Source: Syntrophorhabdaceae bacterium (GTDB taxonomy: Bacteria; Desulfobacterota; Syntrophorhabdia; Syntrophorhabdales; Syntrophorhabdaceae). From it: a stretch of 64,000 bases of DNA. Positions 38,942-47,905 of the stretch are shown here, piece by piece (the stretch's first letter is position 1; every line of letters begins with the position of its first letter). The stretch spans positions 160,001 through 224,000 of the forward strand of contig CAXXUO010000004.1 in NCBI GenBank assembly GCA_963666485.2, given 5' to 3'. A program made the position numbers and the translations under genes. The notes below the pieces were generated by a model. The model searched no databases, had not been told where the DNA came from, and saw only the letters and a program-made list of their open reading frames with translations.

Positions 38942-40298
38942 GACCATATGTGCCGTCTCTACCCCACCCGGTGAAGGCGGGATAAACATAATTCGCCTGA
39001 GCGGACCGAACGCTCACCGCATACTCGACACTATCTTCAAACCCAGGAACAGATCGAAAAGATCGACGGCAGGAATGCTGCGCCTGGGGTATATACGCGA
39101 TCCCGGGACGGGAAACGATATAGACGAGGTCTTTGCCGTCCTTATGAAGGCACCGGGAACATACACGCGCGAGGATATTGCAGAGATCCATTCCCACGGG
39201 GGATTCGCTGCCCAGTCCGCGATAATGAAGGCCATACTGGCCCAGGGGGCCCGGCTTGCCGAGCCGGGCGAATTCACAAAACGGGCGTTCCTGAACGGAA
39301 GGATAGACCTGGTGCAGGCGGAGTCGGTTCTCGACGTCATCAAAAGTGAGACCGATGAAGAACTGGAATATGCCGTCAGCTACCTGAAGGGGCGCCTCTC
39401 GAAAAAACTGCACGGGTTCCGTGATATTCTCAAACATGCCCTGGCTGCCCTTGAGGCGTCTATCGATTTCCCCGAGGAGGACATCGATATCGACTTTTCA
39501 GGGCACCTGGTATCACTCACCAGGGCCAGGAAAGAGATCGACGGTCTCGTCTCGTCCTATTATGAAGGCAAGGGTTTCAAGAGCGGGTTCGAGGTATTGA
39601 TAGCAGGCCGGACCAATGTCGGCAAATCGAGTTTCCTGAATGCCCTGGCGCTCAAGGAACGGGCGATCGTAACCGAACTGCCCGGGACGACCCGCGATCT
39701 CATTGAAGAGACCCTGTACATCAAGGGAATGAAGGTGCACCTCGTCGACACCGCCGGCTTCAGAGCACCCGAAAATATCGTTGAGGAAGAAGGGATACGC
39801 AAAGTGAAGGAAAGGGCTGCCACGGCCGACCTCATCGCATGGGTCATCGACGGGTCTCAACCCTACTCCGCTGAGGATCAGCAGGTATATGATGAAATTA
39901 ACCAGTATAATCAAGTCGTTATAATAAATAAATCAGACATTGAACAACTTTTTGATATTAATATACTGAAATCATTAAATGTTACATCGTATCTAAATAT
40001 CTCGGCAAAAACAGGCGAGGGTCTCAGCGAAGCCAAAAACTTAATATTTTCAAAGATATTAAAGACGAGACGGAAAAATTCGCTCCTTATCACGACACTG
40101 CGCCACCGGGACATTCTTCGAAAGGTCTCCGGCAACATCGGGAGGGTTATAGCGGGCCTCACACAAAAAGAAACCCACGCCGAACTCCTGGCATTCGAGC
40201 TCCACGAAGCCCTGCATCACCTTGGGGAAATAACGGGAGAAACCTGTACGGAAGAAATACTGGATACGATATTCGGACAGTTCTGTATTGGAAAGTAA
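38922..40298 (+). CDS. mnmE: tRNA modification GTPase MnmE (start may be GTG 38916)
   Basis: TICAVSTP..IRLSG, PGEFTKRAFLNGR, GRTNVGKSS, GTTRD, DTAG, C-terminal FCIGK. Confidence 0.95.
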   Translation: MPAESAETICAVSTPPGEGGINIIRLSGPNAHRILDTIFKPRNRSKRSTAGMLRLGYIRDPGTGNDIDEVFAVLMKAPGTYTREDIAEIHSHGGFAAQSAIMKAILAQGARLAEPGEFTKRAFLNGRIDLVQAESVLDVIKSETDEELEYAVSYLKGRLSKKLHGFRDILKHALAALEASIDFPEEDIDIDFSGHLVSLTRARKEIDGLVSSYYEGKGFKSGFEVLIAGRTNVGKSSFLNALALKERAIVTELPGTTRDLIEETLYIKGMKVHLVDTAGFRAPENIVEEEGIRKVKERAATADLIAWVIDGSQPYSAEDQQVYDEINQYNQVVIINKSDIEQLFDINILKSLNVTSYLNISAKTGEGLSEAKNLIFSKILKTRRKNSLLITTLRHRDILRKVSGNIGRVIAGLTQKETHAELLAFELHEALHHLGEITGETCTEEILDTIFGQFCIGK

Positions 40299-40380
40299 AG
40301 ACGGTTCCACGTTCCAGGTTCCACGATTTAGGGAAAAGCTTTTCCGTGGAACCTGGAACGTGGAACGTGGAACCTTTTTT
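40298..40380. repeat. Inverted heptamer element 5: AAGACG(GTTCCAS)3 ... (STGGAAC)4
   Basis: Arms 40304-40324 and 40346-40373 around the palindrome GGAAAAGCTTTTCC; between convergent stops. Confidence 0.88.
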
Positions 40381-40887
40381 TTATTTTTTCTTCTCTCCCT
40401 TGGGAGGCTCGACCATTAAAGGTATTGTATTCAATTTATCTACCCTTACGCCGTGCTTGTAACAGACGTTGTCCCAGAGAACGCCGAGGATCGTTTCCTG
40501 GCTGAAGTATTGCCAGGGCTCGTTCTCGGTCACCATTTCGTTCTTGTCGGTACCGGTGACCGGGTCGTATTCCTTTGATGCGACAACACGGTATTTGCTC
40601 GAGGAGCAATCAAGCTCTATCAGGCTCTTCAATGAATCGACCTCACCGTCAGCCGTCTTGACCGCGATCTTCTCCCATACCCTGGCCCTTTGTCTGTCGA
40701 TCATTTGAACACTGGCGGGGTTGAAATAGTACCGTTTCGTCTGGGATTCCATATATATCTTCCATTCCGGGGCTTTTTCCGGGGTTTTCGGCTGCGCCAC
40801 GGGTGAAGGCTGCGCAAATACCCACGTTGACAGTAAGATGAGTGACAGACAAACAGCGCATACGATCCCTACCCTTTTCCCTTCCAT
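40381..40887 (-). CDS. Exported protein, surface-adhesin protein E-like
   Basis: Signal peptide; WKIY..YYFNPASV..RVWEK..IELDCSSSKYR..W..VC pattern; AAGGAG SD. Confidence 0.6.
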   Translation of the reverse strand: MEGKRVGIVCAVCLSLILLSTWVFAQPSPVAQPKTPEKAPEWKIYMESQTKRYYFNPASVQMIDRQRARVWEKIAVKTADGEVDSLKSLIELDCSSSKYRVVASKEYDPVTGTDKNEMVTENEPWQYFSQETILGVLWDNVCYKHGVRVDKLNTIPLMVEPPKGEKKK

Positions 40888-40942
40888 ATCCACTCCTTTT
40901 ATAACGGTTATCCGTTCTCTATACCATATATCGGCCCTTATG

Positions 40943-43144
40943 TCAGTAAGGGTTATTGCGCGAAGAAGGCTCGCCCGGCGTGGGTCGCTCAAGGGGGGCC
41001 GACGGGTCGGCAGGCGCGGGTGCGGGCGCGGAGTACGTGACCGGGAAATCATCAGGAGGAAAGTGGCGCAGTGCCGAACCCATGTAATTCATCCATATTG
41101 GCAGGCAAACGCGGCCCCCGCTTTCGCCCTTCCCCAGTGAGGTCCGTGCATCGAAGCCAACCCAGACCCCTGTCGCGATATGGGGTGAATAACCGACAAA
41201 AAGCGCATCGTAGTAATTGCTCGTCGTCCCGGTCTTCCCCGCGATGGGGTATCCGAGGGCAGATGCTCCCTTTGCGGTCCCGTATTGAACGGGCCCTTTC
41301 AGCAGGATATTCATGGATGCCGCGACTTCTTCCGGCAGGGCCCGTTCCTTCTGAATGACGGTATCTTCGAGGACATTCCCGTTCATCTCTACGACCCTGC
41401 GGACAAAGATCGGTCTTATCCGGCTGCCGCCATTGGCAAATGCGGCGAATCCCTTAACGAGCTCGATCAGGGTGATATTCGATGACCCGAGGGCAACGGA
41501 GAGGTTGCTCGGGACATCCGCATCTATCCCGAGGTCCTTGACCGTTTCCTTCACCGAGGCCACCCCTATCTCCTCGAGAAGCCTCACTGCTGCCGCATTC
41601 TTCGAATAGGCGACGGCGTCCCTCATCGAGATATCGCCGGAATACCGGCCGTCATAATTTTTCGGGGTCCAGCCGCCATAGGATTTTGCCTCGTCGTGCA
41701 GTACGGAGTCCGGGGTATAGCCCTTCTTGAGTGCGGTCACATAGATGAACGGCTTGAATGCGCTCCCCGCCTGCACTTTGGCCGTCGTGGCCCTGTTGTA
41801 CGGGCTTTTTTCGAAGTCGCGGCCGCCGACGAGGGCATAGACAAACCCCGTGTTGACATCCAGACTGACAAGTGCCCCCTCGACCTTCAGCGAACGTACC
41901 GGCTGAAAGAGGAGTGTTTTTTTCTTCGGGTCCTCGCCCGTGCACAACCCCTTCACGACATCGCCCGGCTTGAAGGGGTGGTCATCCATCTTCAGGGTCC
42001 CTTTTTTGTCGCCGACGAACACGGCGTAGCCCTCTTTTATCCGCTCGGATACGAGGAGATTACAGCTCTTTCCCTTCACGGCAGGGAAGAGCTTGAGGTC
42101 ACGCTCCTCGGCCCTCCTGAAATCATCCCACTTCCTGTGGGGCATGCGGTAAAGAACGGTAAATTCGCCGTTCCTCTGCTCGTACTGGTTAAGCCCCCGG
42201 ATTATTGCTCCCTCAGCCGCCTTCTGCATGGATTTATCAACGGCGGCATATATTTTAAAAGCCTTCTGCGAGAGTATGCCCCTGCCGTATTTGGCCTCCA
42301 TGTAGCGAAAGATATGATCTTTGTAATAACTGTCCTGGAAAACGCCGTCATCCTCCCGTATCGCTACCTTTTCCTTGAGGATCTGCTGCTTTGCCTTTTC
42401 ACTGATGAAATTCTTCTGGACCATCTGGTCGACGACGTATTCCTGCCGGATCCGGGCGTTACCCGGGTGTCTTTTCGGCGTATAGCGGGATGGCGCCTGG
42501 ACGATCCCGGCGAGGAGCGCCGCTTCAGCTACCGTGATATTCGAGACATGCTTGCCGAAATACACCTGGGATGCCGCCTCCACCCCGTAAACCCCGTGTC
42601 CCATGTAGATATTGTTGAGATACAGGTTCAGGATCTCGTTCTTGTTGAGGTACGTCTCGAGCTTCCAGGCAAGGATCGCCTCGCGTATCTTCCTGTTCAG
42701 GCTCTTTTCCGGGCCGAGAACGAGAGACTTGATCACCTGCTGGGTTATGGTGCTGCCGCCCTGCGCCATACGCCCGTACATGACATTCTTGACGAAGGCC
42801 CGCAATATGCCGAGCGGATCGACCCCCCTGTGCTTGAAAAAGTCCGCATCCTCAGCCGCGAGAAATGCCGCCCTGACATGCTTCGGTATCTTCTTGTACG
42901 GCACGAAAACGCGGTTGTCGGGTACGAAAAGGTATATCAGCTCATCGTGAGCGTCGTACACGCTTGTAACCGGCTTATTTTTCAGGTCTTTCAGCGCAAC
43001 CACGGAGGGGATGTCATTGATCAGGAAGAAAACGAACGCCGCGACGCACAGGACCCCCGAAGCGATGAGGAGAATGAGAAAGTATTTGAATATCTTTCCC
43101 GAAGAGGTCCTTGGTGCTGGTTTCCTGCGTTGTTCCTGCTTCAA
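40943..43144 (-). CDS. Class A penicillin-binding protein (PBP1A family)
   Basis: AEDADF..H.G, GGSTITQQ, RKIRE transglycosylase; SAFK, SKN, KTG transpeptidase motifs. Confidence 0.92.
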   Translation of the reverse strand: MKQEQRRKPAPRTSSGKIFKYFLILLIASGVLCVAAFVFFLINDIPSVVALKDLKNKPVTSVYDAHDELIYLFVPDNRVFVPYKKIPKHVRAAFLAAEDADFFKHRGVDPLGILRAFVKNVMYGRMAQGGSTITQQVIKSLVLGPEKSLNRKIREAILAWKLETYLNKNEILNLYLNNIYMGHGVYGVEAASQVYFGKHVSNITVAEAALLAGIVQAPSRYTPKRHPGNARIRQEYVVDQMVQKNFISEKAKQQILKEKVAIREDDGVFQDSYYKDHIFRYMEAKYGRGILSQKAFKIYAAVDKSMQKAAEGAIIRGLNQYEQRNGEFTVLYRMPHRKWDDFRRAEERDLKLFPAVKGKSCNLLVSERIKEGYAVFVGDKKGTLKMDDHPFKPGDVVKGLCTGEDPKKKTLLFQPVRSLKVEGALVSLDVNTGFVYALVGGRDFEKSPYNRATTAKVQAGSAFKPFIYVTALKKGYTPDSVLHDEAKSYGGWTPKNYDGRYSGDISMRDAVAYSKNAAAVRLLEEIGVASVKETVKDLGIDADVPSNLSVALGSSNITLIELVKGFAAFANGGSRIRPIFVRRVVEMNGNVLEDTVIQKERALPEEVAASMNILLKGPVQYGTAKGASALGYPIAGKTGTTSNYYDALFVGYSPHIATGVWVGFDARTSLGKGESGGRVCLPIWMNYMGSALRHFPPDDFPVTYSAPAPAPADPSAPLERPTPGEPSSRNNPY

Positions 43145-44883
43145 AATACTATCGAACCTTTTCGGACATCATATGTCCCTGATACCGTTATCCTGAGCTC
43201 TACGATAGAGGTGAAGGTCAAAAAACATGTTGTCCAGACCGGGTCGTCGAGCGTGCTGCCCGAGGTGTGGAGGATGGAATTCAATTTCCCGTAGGCGGAG
43301 CTTATTTCGAGGACGGAAAGGTTCGACATGGTCGAGCCGATGGGAAGGGCAAGTACATCGAGGACCTTTCCTCCTTCGACGACCGCAATGCCGCCATTAA
43401 TGGCCAGTACGGTATTTGCCGCGAGGGCCATATCCTCATCGTCGAAACCGTGAACGATAAGTCCGTGCGTCTCGTGGGCGACGGTCGAAGCGACGGCGGC
43501 GCGTGCACCGAACCCGTAGAGGAATCCCTGCCCCCACTTCTTCTCCTCCCTGCGGCTGTACAGGATCTTCCGGATATCGCGGTCGCGGCTGGGCAGTATC
43601 ACGTTGCCCTCCCTCGGCAGGTCAGCATCCATCCTCTTTGTCACGGTCCTGTCGATGATGCCGATCACAGGTACCGGGCCGGTCTCTTTCCGTTCGATCT
43701 TGAGTTCGGAAGGCTCTACCGACGAAAACGAGTAAGGATAGGACCGGATGTCGCCTTCGAGCCGGGTTGAGCGCTCCCTCGCAAGTACGCCATCGCGCGC
43801 AGCCAGCGTGCCCCTTTCATAGACCATGACAGGTTGAGGCCTCTCAAGGGCCGGGCACAAAAGTATATCGGCGATCCTTCCGGGAGCAACGCTTCCGACA
43901 TCGTGATCAACTTTAAAATAGCGGGCCGGGTTGAGCGTCGTCATCCTGATGGCGTCTTCAGGGCGGATGCCGAAGCCGATCGCCCCGCTCACGATATGGT
44001 CCATGTAGCCTTTATTGACGAGATCACCCGCAAATATACCGTCGGAGACGAGGATGACCGAATCCTTCGGCAGGGAATTGATCGTGGGGCACAGCGACTC
44101 AAGGTCGTTCCTGATGGAGCTCATGCGCACCATGGTATACAGACCGAGTCGTACACGGTTCCTGATGTCGTCCGGCCGGATTGACTCATGGCATGACGTT
44201 ATCCCCGCGGCGGCGAGGGCGTTTAAGCGGTCGTATGACGCGCCCAGGGTATGCCCCTCTGCATTTTTTCCCATCGATCGCGCCAGCAGGATCCGCTGCA
44301 GTATGTCGTCCTCGTTCTTCGTAATCCTGAGATAGGGCGAGACCTCGCTTAAAGACACGCATTCAGGATGGTCCGACAGGAGGCTGAAGACATCATAAAG
44401 CGAGAAGATGTCCCCGCCTTCGATCTCCGGATAAGGGGGATATGTTGCCGGGACCCCCCAGAGATACTTGACATTGAAATGCGGGGCCTGCCTTAAGATC
44501 TCGCGGAAACCTTTGGGGCCAACCGAGTTTATGAGGTCATGGCTGTCCGAGAAGACGGTCGTCGTACCTTTCGTGACGGCGATATCGGAAAATGTGGCGG
44601 GATTGTAGAAAAGGTCGGCATGGCCGTGCGCATCGATGTATCCCGGTATGACGACGAGGCCTTTCGCATCCACAATGCGGGTGTGCGGCCCTGTCCTCGC
44701 CTTTGCCGTCCCCACGTACGCGATCCAGTTACCGGATATCCAAACGTCACCCGGAATGACCTCGCCCGTGAACACGTCGAAGACCGAGCCACCCTCTATG
44801 ACGACATCCGGCGGCTTGTCCGCGGTCGCGACGGCAACGAGGTCTTTCAGGTCCTGTAGCGTCTTCTTGATCATTCCCTGCAT
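43141..44883 (-). CDS. Adenine deaminase family amidohydrolase (YerA-like); start 44883 or 44874
   Basis: PGYIDAHGH, GTTTV, EGH, CHES, VSDG, LNPARYF, APGRIAD, C-terminal Ade domain. Confidence 0.82.
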   Translation of the reverse strand: MQGMIKKTLQDLKDLVAVATADKPPDVVIEGGSVFDVFTGEVIPGDVWISGNWIAYVGTAKARTGPHTRIVDAKGLVVIPGYIDAHGHADLFYNPATFSDIAVTKGTTTVFSDSHDLINSVGPKGFREILRQAPHFNVKYLWGVPATYPPYPEIEGGDIFSLYDVFSLLSDHPECVSLSEVSPYLRITKNEDDILQRILLARSMGKNAEGHTLGASYDRLNALAAAGITSCHESIRPDDIRNRVRLGLYTMVRMSSIRNDLESLCPTINSLPKDSVILVSDGIFAGDLVNKGYMDHIVSGAIGFGIRPEDAIRMTTLNPARYFKVDHDVGSVAPGRIADILLCPALERPQPVMVYERGTLAARDGVLARERSTRLEGDIRSYPYSFSSVEPSELKIERKETGPVPVIGIIDRTVTKRMDADLPREGNVILPSRDRDIRKILYSRREEKKWGQGFLYGFGARAAVASTVAHETHGLIVHGFDDEDMALAANTVLAINGGIAVVEGGKVLDVLALPIGSTMSNLSVLEISSAYGKLNSILHTSGSTLDDPVWTTCFLTFTSIVELRITVSGTYDVRKGSIVF

Positions 44884-45042
44884 CTCATAGGATATTCGAT
44901 TCAATGTAGCCCAAAAGCCCACCGCTTGGCAAGAAATTAGCTTATCACCCGGCGATCATCGAAAGGCCTGAAAACAATACTTGGCATGGAACGGCTTTTT
45001 CAAGTAGAATAAAAATACTTCGACGGGAAAGACATAACCAGC

Positions 45043-46788
45043 ATGGACGCCGCGACAATACGGACACTTCTCGATGTTACGAAGGGTAAGACGCGCCCGG
45101 ATAGCGTCATCATCAACGGCAGGATCGTCAACGTCTTCACGAACCGCGTGGAGGATGGCTCGTCTGTTGTCATAAAAGACGGCCTCATCGCATCGGTAGA
45201 GGATGATGGCAAGGCGCTGGAATATGACGCGCGAGAGGTCATCGATGCCCGGGGGTCGTACCTCTGTCCGGGGTTTATCGATGCGCATACACACATTGAC
45301 AGCCTTTACCCGTTCCATTCACTTGCCCCGTACGCGATCCGCGGGGGCACGACGACGGTGGTGACCGAAACCAGCGCCGTTGCATGCGCATGCGGAATGG
45401 AGGGTGTCAATTCCTTCGTCGAAAGCACGCGGGGCTACCCGGTGCGCTGCTACTTTCTTGCGCCGCCCCTCACCCCTCCCTTCCCCGAAATGGAGGGATC
45501 GAAGGGTCTGAGCCTCGGTGAGTTCAAGAAATTCCTGAAGCGCGATGATGTCGTGGCGATCGGGGAGGCGTACTGGACCCGGATCGTCGAGGGGGACCGG
45601 CGCATCTTGAGCCAGGCCGCGGCCGCGCTTGACCTCAATAAGAAACTGGACGGCCACGCAGCGGGGGCACGCGGCAGACGGCTTATAGAGTATGTCCTGA
45701 CCGGCATCACGTCCTGCCATGAATCGATCACCATTGACGAAGTTATTGAGAAGCTCCGGCTCGGGATCTACATAATGATCCGGCAGGGCTTCGTCCGCAA
45801 GGAACTGCCCGAGCTCAAGGGACTCAAGGACATGGACATCGACGTGAGGCGGCTGATCCTCACCTCCGACGTCTTCGACGCGGTCATGCTCATCGAGGAA
45901 GGCTACCTCGACTCGATCGTCAGGACCGCGATATCGTACGGCTTCAGGCCCATCGACGCGATAAAGATGGCGACGATAAACCCGGCCGATTATTACGGCC
46001 TGCGCCACCTCGGCGCCATTGCACCCCTTCGCCACGCCGACATCCTCTTCCTCGACAGCCTGGAGGACGTCTCGGTGAAAAAGGTCATGGCCGGGGGAAA
46101 GATGGTCTTCGATGCGGGGGAATACATCGGGGATGTGAGGCCCCACCAGTACCCGAAATCCGCGCGCACCACGGTCAAGGCCCGAAAGATCCGCCCTGTC
46201 GATCTCAGGATCGCCTCGGATAAAGGCCCGCGCAAGATACGCATTATCAAGGTGCTCAACCAGACGATAACACAGGAGATGGCCTGGGATGCCCCCGTCA
46301 GGGGCGGATATCTCGAAAAGGACCTTTCAGCCGACATAATCCCCGTTTCCGTGATAAACCGCTACGACAGTTCCGTCAGGGGAAAAGGCTTCATCACCGG
46401 TACAGGCATCAGTCAGGGTGCATTCGCAACGACGCTCATCTGGGACACGGGCAACATCCTCGTCATGGGAAGCTCAGAGGATGATATGGCGAAAGCGGTC
46501 AACCGCCTGATCGATCTCCAGGGCGGCACGGTCATAGTAAAAGACGGTACAGTTATCTTCGAATTCCCGATGCCCGTTTTCGGGACCATGCCGCTCGGAA
46601 GCATTCCCGAGATAGCGGACAAGACGCGGGAAATGGTGGAAAGCATTCGCAAGATCGGCGTGACACTCGAGCGCCCCTTCCTTACCCTCCAAACCATACC
46701 CTTCTCCGGGTTACCCTTCCTGCGCATCACAGATAAGGGACTCGCGGATATCAAACAACGGAAACTGGTACCGTTGTTCATAGAATAA
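45043..46788 (+). CDS. Adenine deaminase family amidohydrolase (second paralog)
   Basis: PGFIDAHTH, GTTTVV, DGHA, CHES, TSD, ATINPA, LPFLRITDKGL. Confidence 0.82.
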   Translation: MDAATIRTLLDVTKGKTRPDSVIINGRIVNVFTNRVEDGSSVVIKDGLIASVEDDGKALEYDAREVIDARGSYLCPGFIDAHTHIDSLYPFHSLAPYAIRGGTTTVVTETSAVACACGMEGVNSFVESTRGYPVRCYFLAPPLTPPFPEMEGSKGLSLGEFKKFLKRDDVVAIGEAYWTRIVEGDRRILSQAAAALDLNKKLDGHAAGARGRRLIEYVLTGITSCHESITIDEVIEKLRLGIYIMIRQGFVRKELPELKGLKDMDIDVRRLILTSDVFDAVMLIEEGYLDSIVRTAISYGFRPIDAIKMATINPADYYGLRHLGAIAPLRHADILFLDSLEDVSVKKVMAGGKMVFDAGEYIGDVRPHQYPKSARTTVKARKIRPVDLRIASDKGPRKIRIIKVLNQTITQEMAWDAPVRGGYLEKDLSADIIPVSVINRYDSSVRGKGFITGTGISQGAFATTLIWDTGNILVMGSSEDDMAKAVNRLIDLQGGTVIVKDGTVIFEFPMPVFGTMPLGSIPEIADKTREMVESIRKIGVTLERPFLTLQTIPFSGLPFLRITDKGLADIKQRKLVPLFIE

Positions 46789-46794
46789 AAACAA

Positions 46795-46915
46795 AAGACG
46801 GTTCCACGTTCCAGGTTCCACGTTCCACGAAAAAGAAGAAACTCCTCTATATCCTAAAAGCTGGGTGGGCCAAGACCCGTCTTTAACGTGGAACGTGGAA
46901 CCTGGAACGTGGAAC
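46795..46915. repeat. Inverted heptamer element 6: AAGACG(GTTCCAS)4 ... (STGGAAC)4
   Basis: Arms 46801-46828 and 46888-46915; same units as element 5 but an unrelated spacer. Confidence 0.88.
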
Positions 46916-46957
46916 TTGCGTCATTTGGTAAAATGATGTTAGTTTGTTTGCCTGTTT

Positions 46958-47905
46958 ATGGAAAATACTATTGAAAGAATGTCGATCGCCGGGACAGTGA
47001 AGGCGTGGGTCACGTTATCGAGGCCCCCGTTTCATACGGTTGGGGTTTTTCCCTTCTTCCTCGGGACGATCCTCGCCTGGAGACTCGATAATGTCTTCAA
47101 TCTCCCGCTTTTCATTTTGGGAACGGTCGCTGTCATATTCATCATGCTGGCAACCTATTATGGCGGGGAGTATGCCGACGTGATGGAAGATAAACTCTCA
47201 GCCTCGATGGACAGGAACGCATTTTCCGGGGGTACCCAGGTCGTTGTCAAGAATCTTCTTCCCCGGCATCACGCTCACGTGGCGAGTTACATCGCCCTCG
47301 GCCTCACCGTCATCACGGGACTCATTATTCAGTTCAAATATGACACCGGTCTCCTCACGATACCACTCGGCGTCATCGGCATACTGGCGGGGTTCTTCTA
47401 TTCAATGATGCCGATCCGGTGGGTAACGCGAGGCGTGGGCGAGATAATCATCGGGTTCGCCTACGGCTGGCTTCCCGTGGCCGTGGCGTATTATCTGCAG
47501 ACGGGCAGGATTCATAGTATCATCAATTATATGTCAATCCCGATCGCGTGCACGGTTTTCAATATTATTCTCATTAACGAATTTCCCGATCATCCCGCGG
47601 ACGTCATCGCGAAAAAGAGCAACCTCGTCGTACGCTTTGGAAAGGCAAAGTCAGCGGTCCTTTATGTTGCCATGCACCTCATCGGCATCGCCGGCTATGT
47701 CGTCTCCGTAACTCAGGGCCTGCCGGTATCGGCGCTCATCTATTATGCGCCGGTCGCGGCCATCTGCCTCTGGTTATGCATTATGGTGGGATCAAAGAGG
47801 TACATGGACAAGAAAATGCTCGAAACCATATGTGCGCTGACCATAGTCACGAACCTCGGAAGCGCCCTTGCCTATATCCTTACCCTCTTTTTCATGAGGT
47901 CTTAG
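46958..47905 (+). CDS. UbiA-superfamily prenyltransferase, MenA-like
   Basis: W..LSRPPF, EYAD..D..FSGG, FFYS..P..RGVGE, INEFPD..D..KSNLVVRFG; multiple TM helices. Confidence 0.8.
   Translation: MENTIERMSIAGTVKAWVTLSRPPFHTVGVFPFFLGTILAWRLDNVFNLPLFILGTVAVIFIMLATYYGGEYADVMEDKLSASMDRNAFSGGTQVVVKNLLPRHHAHVASYIALGLTVITGLIIQFKYDTGLLTIPLGVIGILAGFFYSMMPIRWVTRGVGEIIIGFAYGWLPVAVAYYLQTGRIHSIINYMSIPIACTVFNIILINEFPDHPADVIAKKSNLVVRFGKAKSAVLYVAMHLIGIAGYVVSVTQGLPVSALIYYAPVAAICLWLCIMVGSKRYMDKKMLETICALTIVTNLGSALAYILTLFFMRS

Noticed and set aside
40304..40373. Canonical parS site after mnmE
   Set aside because: Only half-sites in tandem; no contiguous 16-bp palindrome
41696..43294. 532-aa + strand ORF, and similar long antisense ORFs at 13756, 18931, 57944 and 61085
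   Set aside because: Shadows of well-supported opposite-strand genes, expected from GC-rich codon bias
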